The notes: generated by a model from the letters alone, not told the origin. 60,168 nt of DNA from Basidiobolus meristosporus CBS 931.73 (GCA_002104905.1 MCFE01000543.1:1-60168); one strand, 5' to 3'. Shown: positions 23,042-37,639, counted from the first letter of the stretch. Made by a program: numbers and translations.

Positions 23042-23726
23042 AATACAAGGTATATGACAGCATTCCAAGTATCACACTAAGAATCTGTAAAGCTAAAGTA
23101 CAGGACATATGGCAACTTTGCAAGTATCACACTAAAAAGCCATAAAGTTGAGGTGACAGAAGTATGTCAATTGCAGCAGGTGTGCACCTATGTAGCAGTT
23201 AGTAAGCAGAAGTCCATAGTATTTTTTTGATTTGAGCTATATGTGGAATACCCAAGGTAGAAGTGGGTAAGCAAGTAAAGAGGGGTGATTCTACAGTGTG
23301 ATATTTGAGTTGCATGAAGGGAGGTAGAAAAAGGAAATACCAATTGGTAAATTCATACAGTAGCATTATACAGAACTAGCTGTAGGTGGCCATACTGCCA
23401 TTATAATGCCATCAGTGGCTTGCAATGAGGCCATCAAGAAAATGTCAAGTTTCTTTCCATATAATTCAGTTTGATATACTGGCCAGTTAGATCCACTCAA
23501 ATAGTTGTAGAGTACACTAAGATTGCAACAATGCCATGCCACCCTTGGCAAAACACTGCCCAAACCCCATCATGTTTGTTAACCATATTTGGTGGTAAAA
23601 TAAGCCAAATGCTATTGTGATCCTGCCATAAGATTGTTTAGAGGGTCATTAGTTCCAAGCTGCTGATATTATAATGGGCTCCTGATGGGATCTTGGTGGC
23701 TGAGCTGGATTGGATCTACCTGCTGG

Positions 23727-24786
23727 TGTATTGGGGTCACAGTGACATGCACAGAGAGATGTGCTCATTCCCATATTTTCTACTTCCCCATTTCTCTACT
23801 ACACTTATTTTAGTTTATCCCATTTGTCATACTTGAACAGAACTATTCCATAAGCCAGCTTACTATTGCACCAGCTTACCTTACTGCATAAGTTGTCTTT
23901 CACTTTATATAGGATTACTAGCTGTAGCTGCTTGTATATTAGGCAAGTACCCGCACCAGTACCCATGACACATTGTCAAACTTTGGTCACCATCCCTACC
24001 ATTTCTATACAATATATTGCATCTCTATGTTTACACAGGTTTCAGAGTATTGATTCCTGACTTTTGAGTGTGCTGTGCCTCTTAGAACCTTCTGGCACCT
24101 ACTCAGAATACTCTTAGTCCATCCTGATGTCATTAAGATTTCTATTGATCTCCAGAACCTTCTGTAACATCATGATTAACAGTCACTTTGACAGTGAGAA
24201 AAGTATAAAAGGGAGGCAATCCCTTTACAATAGATAATCATCCCTCCTATCAGTACACAAACTTGTTGATTAGTGTGATCACTGCTATCTGAACTTCCAA
24301 CCCCAGGCCATGGGACATTGCCAGGAAACCATGCTGACAGCCAACTGACCTTAGAGGCACTACTTGTGAGGAATACTCAGAGTGGTATCTTTTATTTTAT
24401 TTGATTCTTTCCCAACTTTGTTCTTGTACAGGCAAAAATACTTTTGTATCTTTGTTACTATTGACTGCAGCTGCATTCTTATCAAGTACCTGTGGGTGGA
24501 GTTTACAGTTGTTTTGACTTTGGAAGCTTTTGTACATTATCATCCCAAAGGACACTGAGCCCAGCACATGCTTTTGTAAAGATACCTACAAAGTTGGGGA
24601 TTGTAGCTCAATAATTTTCCCTTGACAAGTTTGTGGCTTTATTCCCCATCCTATTTGATTACAGACAGAACCCAAGTATTCCTAGCAAGCTTTTGCCAGA
24701 TGTTATTGCACTCAGTGAGCACCCCACACACAAAACACTTTAGAAGTGTTAGACTTATACCTCCCTTGGACCTATACACCACCACA
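23727..24786 (+). repeat. Solo LTR, ~1.07-kb family
   Basis: TGTATTGGGG...CACCACCACA; flanks CTGG/CCAG (decayed CCGG); homologous to 45506-46577. Confidence 0.85.
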
Positions 24787-24829
24787 CCAGACCAAGTTAC
24801 TTTGATAGGATTTGTTATGCTGGTATCAT

Positions 24830-25040
24830 ATAAAAGTACAAACACTACTTTAACATTCAATCAATGATTAAGCAAACACCACAGTATCCACTTGCTATCC
24901 CAATCACTTCCAATATCTCCTAAGCTCTTAGAACATATGGGAGGCTCTTGGACAAGGAATTAAGGAAATCAAGTGCTAATAAGAAGGAAGAAAAAGATCC
25001 TTGAAGAAGCAATGATGACCAACAAAGGAGGTATCCTAGA
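24830..25040 (+). repeat. Copia LTR end plus gag-tail fragment
   Basis: Reverse complement of the 22694 LTR start and of 22020-22100. Confidence 0.7.
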
Positions 25041-25164
25041 ATCTTCAAAGTCAGTAGCAATATGTCTTGCCACTGCTACTGTGCCCAAGACTAGTCTAGA
25101 GTTGTTTAGTAAGTTTTAGCTGCTGAATGATACCAAATAGTCCAATATTTCAACAGCAGTAGGC

Positions 25165-25638
25165 TTGCAATTTTTCATATTGATGCAGCTAACAATTTTG
25201 CTGATGTACTCAGAATATTTTGGCCCTACATTCTCTGCAGGCATGTCAAATTTGAATTCAACTCAAGAAAATAGCTCAGTTATCCAAGATCTTTTATCTG
25301 AAACTTTCTTATGAGGTCAAATTTTGTCTACTTAAGTGTCTTGTGGCCACTTGTAGCTATTATTAGGTTGTCCATATATAGCAACAGGATAATAACTCCA
25401 TTTTAAGTTGCTTCATACAAGTAATGTAATCTGCAGCGCAACACAGGAACCTAATATCCTCTAGATATATGGCAATCTTGTTATACCATGCTCTAAAACC
25501 CTGTTTAAGCATTTACAACAATTTCTAAGTCTGCATTCCTTACAGGGGCCTGCTGGGTTGGTAAAGTCTTTTGGTTGTTTTAATTATATAATTTTTACAA
25601 TCTGCATTTAGAATATCTGTTTTGACATCTATTCATAG
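25165..25638 (-). pseudogene. Old Copia RT fragment, continuing at 29418-~29900 across a Gypsy insertion
   Basis: YKARLVAQGFSQ...FAPV (29.45-29.57 kb) joins IDVKTDILN (25.6 kb). Confidence 0.65.
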
Positions 25639-28600
25639 TGTCATGATATACTGCTCAAATGTGTAAGTTAGGTCTGCTTTTAGTCAGAACAATTAGCCTT
25701 ATATTTAGCCTATTAGACTATCAGTATCATATATCAAATCAGTAGTATTGGTGTGCAAATGAATCAGCAGATCCTTATAAGACAGAAATAGATTTATTGA
25801 GTAGGATCTAATATGGTGATGATGATGCCATCAATGAGTCATCAGCCATGATTTACATTAGGAAATACAATTAGTCAGCAAATGAGATGGCAAAATGCAT
25901 ATAAGGAGCTGATAGAGCCTCAATAAAAATCATATCAAATTTTAGTGAAAACAATAATAACTAAACTTTGTATTTCTTTATAACACTTGTATCAGGACTT
26001 GTGATGTTGGTAGCAGCAATGATCAGAAACCCCATTCCTGAAGTAAGACAATGCCTCCCTTGAGATGTCAGAAAATTAAGAACAAAGGAATGCTATGCAG
26101 CAAATCCTGGCACAACAGCCACAACTGCTCCAGATCCTCAGCTAGCATCAACTAGGAATGACTACTATGGCCCAGAACCAGCAAAGCCCTGTCAAGAGCA
26201 ACTTTGGTGTGAGGGTCCACCAGTACCTTGGCAGAGTCAATGAAAACCTGGGAGCTTGGCTCTTTCAGCTTGAAGAAGCTTTTAAGGTCAAAGGAATTGC
26301 CCTAGAAAGCCAGTTACATTATGCAGCCTTGTACCTGACAGATGCAGCTTTACAATGGTACCACAACAAGACCAGTTCAGCCAGTATAATGGGATGATTT
26401 ACTATCTCTACATGCAATGAGTCTATGTTAGAGTTCCATCATGCCTTTGAGCCTCCCCCCCAGCATACACTATTACAAGGAATGCTGAAGACACTCCAAC
26501 AGAGAGCAAGAGTTCAAGAATACATTGCTGAATATAGATCTCTACCTGGGAAACTGAAAGAATGGGCCCCCTGGATCAAGTGGAATACATTATCAATTGG
26601 TTGAAAGAAAGATCTTGCAATGAATTATCAAAGACCTCATACTTAAAAAGAAGCCATCAAGATTGTCATTGACTGTGACTCAGCTATTTATGGAACTTGG
26701 AAGCCCACAATGACTAATCAGAAAGGCTGTAATTACTATAAAAAAACAATCAGAAGTAGTGGTACCCAAATGAACTTGTATAACTACCACCAGTCAGAGA
26801 TGTAGATCATGCCATTGACACAGTAGATAGCCCTCCAGTGAGTTAGACACCATACAGATTGAGTCCATTGGAGTTGGAAGAGATGAGGAGACAAATAGAT
26901 CAGATACTGGAGCAAGAATATATATAACCTAGGAAGTCACCTGAAGGAGTACCAGTACTTTCTATAAAAAGGAAGGATGGAACACTTATGATGCGCATTG
27001 ACCACAGAACCTTCCCCTCAGTTACCATGATGTATAAGTACCACCTACCTTGGATTGATGAGCTTTTGCACCAACTAATTGGAGCCATCATTTTCAGCAA
27101 GATTGACCACATATCAGGATACAACCAGATTATGTTAAGACCAGAAGACATACCTAAGACAGCATTCAGGAGCATATATGGACATTGCAAGTACCAAGTC
27201 ATGAGTTTTGGCCTCACCAATGCCCCTGGAACACTCATGATTTTGCTGCAAACAGTCTTCCAGGAATACAAAGACAAGCTTGTGGAAATCTATCTAGATA
27301 ACATATCAATGTACAGCAAGACAGAAGAGGGGCACATGGTGCATTTAGAAAAGGTTCTGAAGAAGCTAAGAAAGAACAAGTTATACAGCAAGCTAGCAAT
27401 GTGTGAACTCTTGAAGGAACAAGTTGAATACCTTGGACATATGGTAACTAGCACAGGTGTGACCTTTGACCTCAAGAAGGGTTAAGTCATCAAAAATCTG
27501 AAGTAGCCCCATAGCATATCAGAACTTAGACCATTACTTGGATTGGTCTTCTAGTATCAGAGATTTATCATGTCCTTTGCCAGTATTATAGCCCTTATAA
27601 CTGATATTCTCAAGCAAGATAACACCTTGAAGTGTGGGACATAGCCTGTAAGACTGCCTTTCAGATGCCAAAGAATGAACTTGCTAAGCTGCCAATCTTA
27701 AGAATACCAGATTTCAGAGAAGAGTTTACTCAGGCATAGGTGCATCAAGTTATGAAATTCGTGGAAAACTTGGCCAAAATCATTAAGAAAAGGACCACCA
27801 AGTTGTTTTTGAGTTCAAGAAGCTAAACTCAGTAGAACACAACTATCCAGTGCATGAGAATGAGGAGCATGCAATAATACACTGTTTGAAGACCTGGAGA
27901 TGCTATATTGAAGGAGTCAAGTGCACTGCAAGCACTGACCACCCCTCACTTAAGCATATATATTCCCAGAGGGTACTATCTAGAAAAATGACAAGATCAA
28001 GTGAATACATTCAGCAATTTTACTTGGAGATTTTCTACTGCCCTGGGAAAAACAACACAGTTGCTGATATATTATTAAGGTTATCACAAGTTGCACAAGT
28101 CAACTTTGTGCATGAATCAGATGGGCCTAGCTTAGAACCTGTAAGACCATTTGAAAGAGGGGGAATTGCCTCTATTAGAACATTGCCAACTACCAGTATA
28201 GGCATCCATTTGATCCTAGTAGCAATTGACCGTGGCACTGAATGGCCAGTTGCTAAAGCTGCACCTGTAGCCAGTGAACAACAGGTTGCATGTTTCATCT
28301 ACTACAAGATACTTATCATGATTGGATGCCTAGTGGAGATTTTATCTGATAGAGGAGCAAACATTATGGCAAAGCCATAGGAAGCTTGCCTGGAAATGAA
28401 GCAAATCAAGTTTCTTGGAACCTTGGCATATCACCCCTGAACTAATGGAGTCATTGAGTGGCTTAATGGATTTTGTGGAACAATGCAGACCAAGTATGCA
28501 AGTGGTGCTGTAAGTAAACGGGATGAGTATAATGACCAGACATTTTTTGCATGCAGAGTAAGAGTCCACAACATAACCCAGCAATTGCCATTTTACTTAG

Positions 28601-29417
28601 TGAATGAATGTGAACCAGGGCTTCCAGGAGATCACACACAACCAAAGCTAACAGACACCTTAGAAGATGAGCTCAGTCAGACAAGTAAGCACCAGTAACT
28701 GGAACAAAGATGTCAAGAGGCACAGGCCAAGGTTTCTCAAGATGCAGAAAAGTTGAGGCAGAGATTTGATATAACTAAGTCACCAGAATTATTGACAGTT
28801 GCAAACTTTGCATTGCTGAGAAACAACTTGTAGAAGAAGTCTTAGCCACAATGGGCAGAACCTCTCAAGATCATAAGAGAATGTCCATGTGTAACTTAGC
28901 AACCAGTAGACAAAGAAGGTAACATCTGGGAAGATATAGCTCCTAGAGACAGACACAAGCCTGCAAGACTTGCTGAGAATACCAGGCCTGCAAGATATTA
29001 GTATCCCAAGAAAAGGGATTCATGAGAACCCTATCAACTTTAAAAGGAAGGGTGTTATGATCCACTGCTTGTATATACAAGTAGATCCATTTTAGTCAGA
29101 TCAAATATTTTTATGTTTAACCTGTTAATATATTAGTGTTATCTGTCAAATAGGGGTATTAGTCAGCAGATGAGTCAGCAGATTCTTATCAGACATATTT
29201 AGACGTATTAAGTAGGATCAATTGAATGTTGATGATGTCATCACATGAGTGATCAGCCTTGACCAATATCAGGAAATACAATTAGTCAGCAATTGATCTA
29301 GCAAAATGTATACAAGGAGCCGCTGGTACTTCAACAAAGATTAGCTCAAGCTATAGTGAATACAACACCATCTAAATATCCTATTCCTCTACGACTCTTA
29401 TATCAATACTTCTAACA
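25639..29417 (+). mobile_element. Decayed Ty3/Gypsy element with ~365-bp highly diverged LTRs and internal deletions
   Basis: LTRs 25639-~26006 and 29053-29417; PBS-like TGGTAGCAGC; PPT AAAAGGAAGGG; gag, RT (PKTAF..IYG, YLDN), RH (TDHPSL), integrase (SDRG); no TSD seen. Confidence 0.85.
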
Positions 29418-30279
29418 GGTGTAGATATGGACTGTGTACTGCTGCTAGAGCTGTCCTAACAGAGTTAAACTTGCATACTGGAGCAAATATATCCTAAACA
29501 TTAGTCCCTGGATCTGGGAAAAGCCTTGGGCCACTAATCTAGCCTTGTACTTATTAAAAATACCATTAGAGGTTATTGTGATCTTATAAACTGTAAGTTA
29601 CTTCATGGCCATTGGATGTCTACTACCAAGATCCAGGGGCATATCTTATCCTGTAGATCTCCTAGCAGAGATAATATGATTTGATCAGGAATTGGTAGAA
29701 TTTTCTTCTGTATCAGGTTGAAACAAATGCGCATCTTCTTTGTTAGTGATAATTGCTTCATCAGGCAGCTAGCCAATGATCTTGGCTTCTTTTTGATATG
29801 AACTCTCTGCAAGTAAAACATCCCTGCTCCTGATTAGGCTCTGATCTTGCCACCAGACACTCTACATCATCCAGTATCTTTACAATACCCAACCAAGTTC
29901 CCGTTTAATCTATTTTGTTCCAACTTTCAGCAATTTTGTCAGGGCTGTGATAGAAATGTCACTGCCCAATATCCTGAGGTCTGGTCTCTTGCCTGTATGT
30001 ACTTCAAAGAGTGTAGGATCTTATGGTGATGTAGTTGGGTATCCACTCTTGACACATACTGCAGTAGCAACAGATGCACTTTAAAGCTGGTGGTCCCTGC
30101 CCTTATCATGTAGCAAAGATCTGCTCATAGTTACAATTGTTGTACTTGCTCATACAGCCACTGCAATTTTCTATGGAATATGTGGATAAATGGGTTTTTC
30201 AAAGCATATCAGTAGTTTATCAGTACTTTGCTAACTTCTGCAAGCACTATTTCTCTCCATTGCTCCTTTGAAGTACCTT

Positions 30280-33200
30280 CAATTTGTTGCAATTGCAGAA
30301 GTGATTTGGATATAAGGAACTTATCAAGAAATAGTGTTGGTAGTTGAAATGTGGATTATTCATAAGGGAGCTCAGTATTATACTTTTATAGAAGTAAATC
30401 AACTGTTACACTGAGTAAGAAGTGCTTCTAAACATTTAGGAGCATTCTGCAACAGTTTTGGTGTTACTACCTAATGTTTGGTAAATATAAAGACATCTTT
30501 ATAAGATCATAGATCTGAAGAGAGTGGCAAGCTTAGGGCTGAATATTTGTCCAACAGCAACCTAGACTAATCCCAAATTTCTAAGTGAATTTTTAGCTGC
30601 TGAATGATATCAGATAGTCCAATATCTGAACACTCCCCCACAGCTAAATTGTTACTTAATCCTACTTCCTCTCTGAGATTCCAAAATTGTGGTCTAGCTA
30701 ATGCTTTTGTCAGTATAGCTGCCACCATTTTGTCAGTTGGGCAGTAAACTAACTCTGCCAAGTTACTTTCTATAACTTCCCTCACAAAGTGATGTTGTAT
30801 ATATATGTGCCTAGTTCCGGCATGACTAGTAGGATTCCTAGTAAGAGAAACATAACTTTGATTATCCTGGTAAATACAATGTTGGTTCATCTCAATCAGA
30901 ACCTAAGTCTTTGAGTAATTTTTGTAGTCAAATAGTCCTCCTTAGTTGCTTGACAAGCAGCTGTATATTCAGCTTCAGCTGTAGATAGGTCTACAGTTGG
31001 TTATTTCTTACAATTCCAAGTAATAGTTGCGTCAGCATAAAAAGTACATACCCAGTGGTAAAGCATCTGTCAATCACATCCCAACCCCAATTTGCATCAA
31101 TATTACCATCAAGCTCTTGCCTATGAGCTGCTCCAGAGTATTTCAGTAGCATAATAATGAATACCTTGTAGATATCTTAAGATCTGCTTAACTGCTTTGA
31201 TTTGTTCAAAGCCTTAATATTGTATGAGTTGACTGATTATCCCAACTGCCACTGCAGTATCTGGACCATTAGACACCATTCAGGTACATCAGGCTACCAG
31301 CTATTGAACTGACAGGGAGCATATTTGTCCATACTTGAGCCTTTTTTACCTAAAACTGGCCAAGATTTGCTGAATTTCAGGTTATTGTCCACAGGGGTAG
31401 CTGTAGGCTTGCAATTTCCACCTTGGAGCATCTCAGAATGTCCCTGATGTACTGAGACTGAGTCAGCACAATTTACTGCATAGGTATGTAAAATTTCCTT
31501 CAATTACAATAATATAGCTCAATTTTCTAAGATTTCATCTCCAAGTTGCTGAGAGATCCAATTTTGTCAGCTTATGTGCCTCCAAGTCACCTGTAGCAAC
31601 TATTAGACTGTCTAAATAAAGAGCTAGTATGATCACACCTCATTTGAGTTGTTCCACATATATACTGTCATCTGCAGTACTACAAATGAGCCCAATATCC
31701 TCTAGATATGTGTCATTCTAGTACACCACACTCCAGGTACCTGCATAAGCCCATACATCAGTTCTCCAAGTCTGCACACCTTATGAGAGCCTTTTGGATT
31801 GGTAAAACCTTTGGGATGATCCATATACATGGTTCTTGCAGATCCCCATTTAGAAAGGGTGTTTTGATGTCCATTTGGTACAGATCTAACCTGTTTATAG
31901 GTAAAAGTGCTAATTTTGACCTTGACTACAGGGGAATGATCAAAAGGCCATATATCTGGATGAAAGTAGCAAAGTAAGGGCTGCAAATCAGCCTTACAGT
32001 GACTCCCACTAACCCAAAGTTGTTAAGTATGAATTTTAGCTGCTGAATGATAAAAAATAGTATAACACTTCAATATTTGTCATATTGATATCTCACAGAG
32101 ACACTCATCATGCTTGGATTTGAGCAATTTAAGCCCTAAATAAGTTAATATCTCATCAACTGGATCAGTTTGGTGATCCAAAATGTGACCTATGCAGCTA
32201 TGACAGGTCTCCCAGTCAGCTTCATCAGTCTAAGCAGTGTCAACATACTCAGATGCAATGATCATACATTGTAACTTATGTGTATTGTAATTCCTCATTC
32301 TTGAGCAGATTTTTGTCCATTTTTGCTCCAAATTGAGCAGCTGAGCTTTGTAAAAACAAACTGTAGTCTGTGAGTAGATGCTTCACTCATTGAGAGGGAA
32401 CTTGGAGCCATTGCAGGCACACAGACTATGCCAGTCAGTTTTGCTGACTTTGTCCCGGAGTAATGGCTGAGGTTTTGCTGTAAAGACCTACTGGTGTTAG
32501 CTGCCAGTGAAGAGTGCTCTCCCAGGTAAGGCCTCCAAAAAGAAATAGTCCTTAAGTTGAAGTATTACTACTTAATACCACAAATAACTACAATACTTCA
32601 GAGCTTTTACACCATTCATTGCAGCAGTAACTTGCCCTCTCTTGTACTGCTATAGATTGCTGTGTTCCTGTGGTTATATGGCTTGCCTGTTCCAGTTTCT
32701 GCTCTTTGTATGCTTGTTTCTTTTTGCATTCACTTCCCCAGTGTCCTAAATACTTAGAGTAGTTACCGCAAGCAGGTTTTCTGTGGTTTTGTTGCTTTTC
32801 CTTTTTTTCTGTATGTCTTTCTGAGGCAAACAAAGCATTATCTTCAATCTCCTCTGTTTGACTGTTGCATGTGAGTGCTTCATAAAGATGTCTTTCTTTG
32901 ATACAGTGTAGGCTCATATTGTCTTCTCTGCCTTCAATGGAGAGTATGAGTGGCTCATGCTTGTCTGGTGATCTATAGAGTAGACAGGGTATCTTTTCTT
33001 TATCATCTACACCAGCATTGGTACTGTTAAGTTCTTCTGCAAGTGTCTCAATTGATAATGAGGTGTAGTATGATCTCCTCTGGCTTTTTTTCACATGTTG
33101 AAGAACTTTCTTTTTGCACTAAGCTTACATGATATGGACTTTGCTCTAAAGATCTTCTAAATAAAATTCAAATCATAATTCAAAGCCTGAACTTGTCCAA

Positions 33201-33836
33201 TGAAGGAATCTTGCACATGAATATATATGGCATTGAAGGCCTATTCTCCTGCTCTTGAAGCTTCTCAACATCTTATGCAATTCCTTTGGGCTCAACTTCT
33301 TTTCCTGTTTCTGTGTTCCAAAGCTTACTTTTTTAAGGCAGATCTGCTTCTTAATTCTTGAGAATCAGTAGTTCTTTTCAATCCAGCCTCTCCTTCACAG
33401 GGAAGATGATTTTACTGTTCTTATTGCTGGCTGAAGTCACAATTAGGTTAGATTAAGACAAATGGGGCTCATGACCTATTTATCTTTGAGAAGTTTTTTG
33501 CATAGAGGGAGCTTCTCTACAAATAGTGATAATAGTTCAACTGCTATTTACTTATAAAGTAGCCTTGCATTTATACCTTTGTAGAAGTAACAAAACTGTA
33601 ACACTAAGTAAAGAGAGTTTCTTGAGGAGTATTGTGTAACAATTTCAGGATTAGTAAATAGTGTTTGGTAAAAGGGCTAATTTGATCATCTACACAGGGG
33701 ATTAATAATTAGATCATGGATCAAAAAGAAAGTGGCAACGTTAGGGCTACAAGTTAGTCATACAGTTACTAAGACTAGTCCAAAACTGGCAAGTTTTTAG
33801 CTGCTGAATGATACCCAATAGCCCAGTACTTCCACA
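30280..33836 (-). mobile_element. Old Copia element (different LTR family)
   Basis: PPT GGGGGAG at 30633-30639; HAGTRHI..HHFVRE, MVAAILTKAL; LMYGLMQ; gag remnant; PBS GGTCATGAGCCCC at 33464-33476; LTRs ~30280-30632 and ~33477-33836 are strongly diverged. Confidence 0.8.
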
Positions 33837-33839
33837 TAA

Positions 33840-35180
33840 GCATCTTGCAATGTTGACATTTGCCAATGTTAATGCCATGCCCTTGTTAACAATGGTCTAT
33901 GGGTCATATCTCAGGAGCCAGCTTCACAGCAGACAAGCAAGGACCTTTTTGTAGGGGTGACTGAGCAAAGTAGCATTTATGCCATGTTTGGTGATCAACT
34001 GCTCCTTTCTTTAACCCAATATTGCAACCAAAAATCTGAAGCACATACACTAGCTGAATACCATCAAAATACCATCAGAATAACTGCACATCTCTAGCCA
34101 CAACATTGCACCATTTGTCATGGATGGATTCCTTGGCTCACCTACATAGAGTATCCTGGCAACTTTTCTCACAGGTATTGTCCCAACTCTGATGGGGATT
34201 TTGCCAGTCTTATGCATAATACTGTTGCGAAGGGAGATTGGCTTACAATGGAACAGGGAGACTCATTTTACAGTGCTATCACTGTATGCACCATCTTTGG
34301 AATGCTGGGGTTAGTCAAAAGGCATTGCAAGCTTATTTGACTCACCTTGTGCAAGGCAACAAGTGTGGCTAAGTGCAATATTAGAGATATCAAGTGGCTG
34401 GCATATTGTTAGTGGTTCAGCAGTGAAATATTAGTGCTAAATACCAATGATATGGCAAAACACTGGCCAGGTACCTTGTAATTCTTCCTAGGCTATCTGT
34501 ACACTTCCCCTAAGAAGTCAAATTCAGAAAAGGCCAGCAAAGTACCATCATAATATCATCTGAGTTCCATGCTCTTGAAATTGACAACCCTCAGTATCTT
34601 TGTTGTCAGCTGACAGGCAGGCAGGAAAGCCAATTCTTCAGGAGGAGACTAGGCAAACTAGCATACATACTAAATTTGATAAATAGTTGACTGTTACCTC
34701 CATTAAAAGTTGCACTTGAAATCCTGGGCCAAGAATACCAGCTGAATACACTAAAACATCATCAGAACACCAGCTGAATATCAGATGAATCCAAGTTTGT
34801 GGTTTTTCACAGAGTTCATGGCAGAGAGACTTGTCAATGTAGCAACATGATTGTTTTTCCCTTATGTTACAGTATTCACATCAAAGTAGTCTTGTCTATT
34901 GAGCAAACAGCATGACAGTCAAAAATATTATGTTAGTAGATCACTTGTTTGTCTATATTCTTATATGTGTTTAGATGGACTTGTATATTGAGGCATAGTA
35001 CTTGCATGAATGTACAATTCAAGGATGACCCACCATAATAAGTATTATAAATAAAGCTGTAGTACTGCATGCACATTTATATACAAAACTATTTCCTCTT
35101 TGGTTTGACTGACTTTGATATATATGCTGCCAAAAAATACAGCAAAGCTGGCTGGTTCCCAACTAAGCACCACCACAAAT
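33840..35180 (-). mobile_element. CACTA-like element copy C (5' region, inverted)
   Basis: Reverse complement matches 7380-7480 and 7790-7960. Confidence 0.65.
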
Positions 35181-36499
35181 AACATCAGAGAGTGGATAGG
35201 CAACAGCTCCCCAATGAAAACAATGTGGTCCAGCAAGTGGATCCAATCCTTATCTACCATCAGGATCCCAAAATGAGTATGTCATCATGCCAGTAGCTTG
35301 AAATTATTGACCATCCATGCAATCTTTTAATGGGCAATGACAGTGACTTGCTGATTTTACTACCAAATAAAGTACAAAACTTGACAGTGTTTGAGCGGTT
35401 TTTGTTAAGAGTTGGATGTCATTCTAACAGACTTATTGTGCCTGTGTTGGTCATCGATGTTCAAAATTTATCCAATTTTACTCCACTGGAAAATCTTGTA
35501 CCCTAACTAACTTTTCCTAAACCAAACATATCCATTCCTAATTATAATTATTCTATCACTTCTTGGAAACTGTTTTTAGTTTTCACACCTATCAACTTTC
35601 ATGAAGCTGACTACATCCTCAAATGATCTACTAAGCCTTTTCAAGTGAGTAGTCATCTAAGATCTATCTAACCACTTAGCAGTTGCCAAGATATTAGCTA
35701 TTTTACAATATGTTTTCATCTATCTTTTACACATATCAACACCTAAACCAATTTCAACTTGTATAGTCTCTTAGTGCATACTAACTCAACATGATCAGAG
35801 AAGTATGAATATACAGTACTGAACCAAATGGCTCAGTGTTCATAGCAACAAAATTAGGACTGTGTCTCTGCAAAGTTGAGAATTTGGCAAATCCATTCAA
35901 ATTTCTACCCAAGCTTTGTATATCTAGCACTCTCAAGAACACCAAGTCTGACCTGCATAGCAAACCAACTCTGGTGCCATTGAAGCCAAACTCAGCCTTT
36001 ATTCCAGAACAATATTAGACCATTATATCTCTGCAAATGCTTCCACCATTCTCTATCAACTCTAAGATTCTGCACTTAGTTGTTGCTTAGGTTCAGTTGA
36101 ACCATGCAAGACTTTTACAACACTTTCTATTGGCTGCAATATTTTCTTCTGCTGAATTCAATCAAATTCAGCTACTTTCCAATGTGTCCTCAGCTGCAGG
36201 CAATCCAAATCCTTCCATGTGGAAAGAAGCTCACAGAAATCAGGAAGTACAGACTGGAAAGCTCAAAGATATTAAGATTGAAAGCAACATCTTGATGCTT
36301 TGGCACTCACAGCTTACTAAGACTGGATCAGACAATGATTGTGGAGATAAACGCATTAAAGTTATATCTGATTCCCTAGATGATAATGGAATATTCAAAG
36401 AGGCTCCGTAGAATGTCATCATAGTATGTAACAACAATGAAAATCTGCCAAGCCTTGCTCTGCATCAGCCACCAGGAAGTCATGCCTTTAGATCTTCCA

Positions 36500-37620
36500 G
36501 ATCTATATCTCACTCTAGACCTGCCCTTATTGTTATACCAAGATCCTTCCCTCCTTATGCTGGAGGAGCTAATACTTGAAAGAAACCTACTGAGTTTCTT
36601 TACCAGTTTAGTTATGACTTAGCTGCATACCAGTTAGACCCTGACACTAATTGGGCTAGAATTCTGCCAAACTGTCTCACCATGCAAGATGATTACAAGA
36701 TTGAGGTGCACATTCCTTCCATTGGGCGGAAAATAGCCTAACACCACTTTACAGCAATTTTGAGAATGCTATCAAGAAAGTACATCTAAATTGCAGCCTA
36801 TGGAAAACTTCAATGCAAAAGGGTGAGTCTGTGCAGCACTTCAGTGATAGATTTCAAAGATAAAAGTGATTGGCTGAAATTAATAATGATAATTTGTTGC
36901 TGACAGCTTGTTTTCTTGCAAAATTCTCACACCTGATACAGATTAATATTAAAGGTGTGAAAGCATACAACACTGCACATACTTATGACCAGATTTCAAA
37001 GATATGTTCACTTGCAATTACCACAATTGCTGCTGTTGGCTAGACTTCAGGCTACTTCACTCAGGATCCAGTTACAACTGGAGAAGAAATCTACTGCAAC
37101 AAAGCATTGTCAGCTTCATGGAAGATGCTATCATTTTACAAGTGAATGCAAAGGCATCACCAAACCGTAAAACAAGCCAGAAAGTACCTCAGAGAAGCAG
37201 TAAAATACTAAAACTGATAATCCATATGCTGATGACAAATACCTTGAGTGTGCAAGGACAGGACATAGATCACCTGCCTGTCTGAAGCTGAACATTGGCA
37301 AGAATAATTAAGATCCTGGATGATTATTCAGTTCAACGTACAAGACCATATGAGGAAGCATATGTAGAACATACAGGTCAAGATGAACTCAACCTCTTTG
37401 AACTCTATGCTTATCTGAAACTGCTCAGGAAAAGAAGCAGTTAATCATGCAGCCAAAAGCTACATAGTGCCACTCACCCTCAATGGCCAAGTATGTAGTA
37501 CTACTGCATACTAGATCATCCAACTCTATTGTATCACCCAATGTAGTCAGAGAATTCAAGCTGGAAACCAAAAAACAATCAAAAAAGTAATACTTGCAAT
37601 TAAAGACCTTTGAGCTTGTG
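36500..37620 (+). pseudogene. Gypsy-like gag-protease remnant
   Basis: KPTEFLYQF...WARILPNCL; GESVQHFSDRF; HCQLHGRCYHFTSEC; protease-like LTLNGQ. Confidence 0.6.
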
Positions 37621-37639
37621 ACAGCCTTTTTACAGGATC

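Noticed and set aside
23046-23125. Short duplication after the Copia 5' LTR (AAGGTATATGACAGC…CAAGTATCACACTAA twice)
   Set aside because: It is a minor local duplication with no evident significance
25634-29422. TSD for the old Gypsy
   Set aside because: Flanks CATAG and GGTGT do not match, even allowing CpG decay
8180-33836. Attributing the decay specifically to RIP
   Set aside because: The clear examples are CpG-context. Non-CpG transitions exist, but I cannot compute RIP indices or separate RIP from methylation decay by eye
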